Source: Takakia lepidozioides (lineage: Eukaryota; Plantae; Bryophyta). From it: a stretch of DNA of 64,000 nt. Positions 61,648 to 64,000 of this stretch are shown in pieces. Where the stretch lies: assembly GCA_030704615.1 (NCBI GenBank), contig CM060732.1, positions 3,162,001 through 3,226,000 on the forward strand. Direction: 5' to 3'. The translations under genes and the position numbers were made by a program. The notes below the pieces were generated by a model, which was given only the letters and a program-made list of their open reading frames with translations, was not told where the DNA came from and ran no database searches. The stretch's first letter is position 1. Each line of letters opens with the position of its first letter.

Positions 61648-63766
61648 TTAAGAACTATTGGAGGTTTCAGAGGAACTACTTCCAGAGTCTGCAACAATAT
61701 CATCTATGAACACAGCAGCCCATCCGCGACGTTTTTTTTTTCTACGACCCCCATGGAAAGGCGAATACATTGTTTGTTGGGACAACACTTGTGCGCAAGC
61801 TTCCGCGTAAACCGGCAAGCGGTAAGCTCTAGGGGGACTCGGGGACATGTAGTATCATTGGAAACCGAAAGGTGTCTGCGTATTCGATGACTGGTGCCGA
61901 ACTCTGGAAAGCAAGAAGAGGAATGGTGGTAGATGTTATCATCCAGAAATAGACAATGTAAGCAACCATTTGTCGAACGGGAATGACACAAGGAAATGCA
62001 ACATATTTTGCACGACTAGAGCCGAACTTACTCACACTCAAAATCGGAGTCCACGTCGAGATCCTCGTCAGGCGCTTCGGGCTCCTCAAGAAGTCCCTCT
62101 GTGGATGGGGCAGAAGTAGTGCCCGACTCAAGCTGATGAAGCTCGCTTGAGAAGAGCTCCGTATCAGCCTCCATGTCAAAGAAGTGCCTTCCGGCGCTTT
62201 TGCATGCATGAAAAGATGCTCCTGCAAATCGAAGATGAACGAGAAATCAAAACAGGGCTTCCCTAAGCTCACTGCCCACATTTCAAACATAGTGTTCAGG
62301 GCCCCACCTGTTCCCATAGACAAGTCAACCACTCGTCCACCGTGACGGCTGCATGTCTCCACCAAAGTCTGCATGAAAGCTGGGGATTTCTCCCGTGCAC
62401 CTCTCCAAGGGACACCAGTTGACCTTTTTGTAGTTCGACCCGAGTCCACGTAATTGAAGATTACATCATCCTCCACAGGCTCGCAAGTGGGGTCAATGTG
62501 AGCTGCAAGGTCCCTCAACTGGAACTCAGCAATACCAGGAGGAAGAGTGTCCTTATGCACCCTCACCAGGCACAAAGCTTCGAACACCCGAGTCTGTCAA
62601 TAATCACGAAGAGAGCATGAGGCAAAAGACACGAACCAACTATTGACATTTACTGAAGAACCACGAAACTTTAATTCAAAGGAACCAACTCACTTTCTGC
62701 CCCGGGAACTCGCCCTTCGTAAGAGGCAGAGTGTTGATGCATGTCCAAGTTTTGATGACACGAAACCCGGAATCTTTCATGTAGCTGAAAAGAGTTCTCC
62801 GTGCCGACATGTCCTTTGACTACATGAGAAGAAGAGTCCCGGAGTCAGAAAGGAATTTGTTGGTGAATGAGAAAGCCCACTGCCAGTAACGAGAATCCGA
62901 TTTGTTCCAAGTGGGGGTTGAATTGGAAGGCAACACATCAGGGACAAGGAAACCGTTAGGAATGTCCAGCACCACAAGGTCAGTCGCGTATGCCTGCTGA
63001 ACTCCATTCACCCAATCCGGCTTTTTTGTGACCTACAGCCAAAAACAGGAGACAGTGTCACAAGCCCAATCCAGATCCAACAGGAAATCAATCCCCTCGA
63101 CAAGCCAGAACAAGTTGCCAAAACAAAATTATTCACACAACAGTTAAGACATATGTGCTTACCTGAGTGAGGAACGAAACAAGCATGTCCCATGATTTCG
63201 AGGGCACCCCTTTGAATGTGGACTTCCTGGATTCCATCATTGCTAGAAAACTTTCATTCACCACCTTACGATGGAACTGGCACAAAACCCTGGACGGATG
63301 TTCTCTCGCATCGAAAGGCTGCTCCCTCGACTTTGCTGTTCTATCCCTCCTAGTTGGAGAAGGCTATCTTTCAGCGGCCTCTGACGGGCCCTATTCCTGC
63401 GGAGCTACACTCTTCCCCTTCCCCTTCGGATCCCCGGCAATCTTCCCCTTCCGTTTTGGAGTAGTAGATTTCTCAGGCTATTTTACAGCCAGAGCAGCAA
63501 TGATTCTGTCCTGAGTGTCTTTGTCAGCCAGTGGGGCAAGTGCCGCGGCGTTGTCGTTAAGGTTTCTCAAAACAACTTCATCGAATGGTGTGTTCTGTTT
63601 TGGCAGATCGAGGTACCACCCACAATCTCTGAAGTGCGCCCTGCTCCAGTCTCTGGCAATACCAGCCGTGTACATTGTCTTGTCATTGAAGGGGTCAGCC
63701 CATGAGTAGATGAAGTTTGGGTCATCGCTAAGGTACTTTCCCGGTATGAGGACATGATACATGTAC
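61648..63766 (-). pseudogene. Subfamily-C methyltransferase exons (gene continues past the window end; premature stops)
   Basis: Exons 63766-63163, 63032-62694, 62593-62308, 62221-~62035, ~61930-61648. Motifs TDLVVLDIPNG; WTCINTL; REKSPAFMQTLVETCSRHGGRVVDLSMGTG|ASFHACKSAGRHFFDMEAD. Confidence 0.85.
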
Positions 63767-64000
63767 CTGAATGACACACACACCCAAAATCCAGACAGTC
63801 AATCGATCTGATCAGGACACAGATCACACATCACGAAAAGGGTATTGGCATGCAGGTCAGTATCACTGATAAACTAACGTTTGAAAGCCCGAACAACCTT
63901 GCGTTGACACAATGTTGATTCGAGCTGAAATGGAAAACACTAAATTTGGAGAACTGCACTTTCAACAAGCACCTACGAGAGGGAAAGCCCATTATCCTAA

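Overview
Eukaryotic, repeat-dense window with GT-AG introns and plant-type LTR retroelements (probably a land plant; the taxon is an inference). No clear host gene was found. The centrepiece is a ~14.7-kb Mutator-like (MULE) DNA transposon at 4928-19660, with short TIRs and an AGAACTAG target-site duplication. It carries (i) a transposase with a GCM/WRKY-like Zn domain, a MULE DDE core and a SWIM finger; (ii) a divergently transcribed, 10-exon gene fusing a ParB/Srx-like domain (VWDGNHRL) to a bacterial/phage-type beta-class N6-adenine/N4-cytosine DNA methyltransferase fold; (iii) an uncharacterised ORF; and (iv) arrays of a 22-bp palindrome (GGAAATGCGGYRCCGCATTTCC) whose spacings are nearly always whole helical turns (32/53/63-64/74/84 bp). 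At least three diverged subfamilies of this element (A, B, C) are present as nested or fragmentary copies. They are interleaved with two LTR-retrotransposon families, a ~3.3-kb tandem array and a 500-N gap. Domain calls come from motif recognition by eye, not from database searches.
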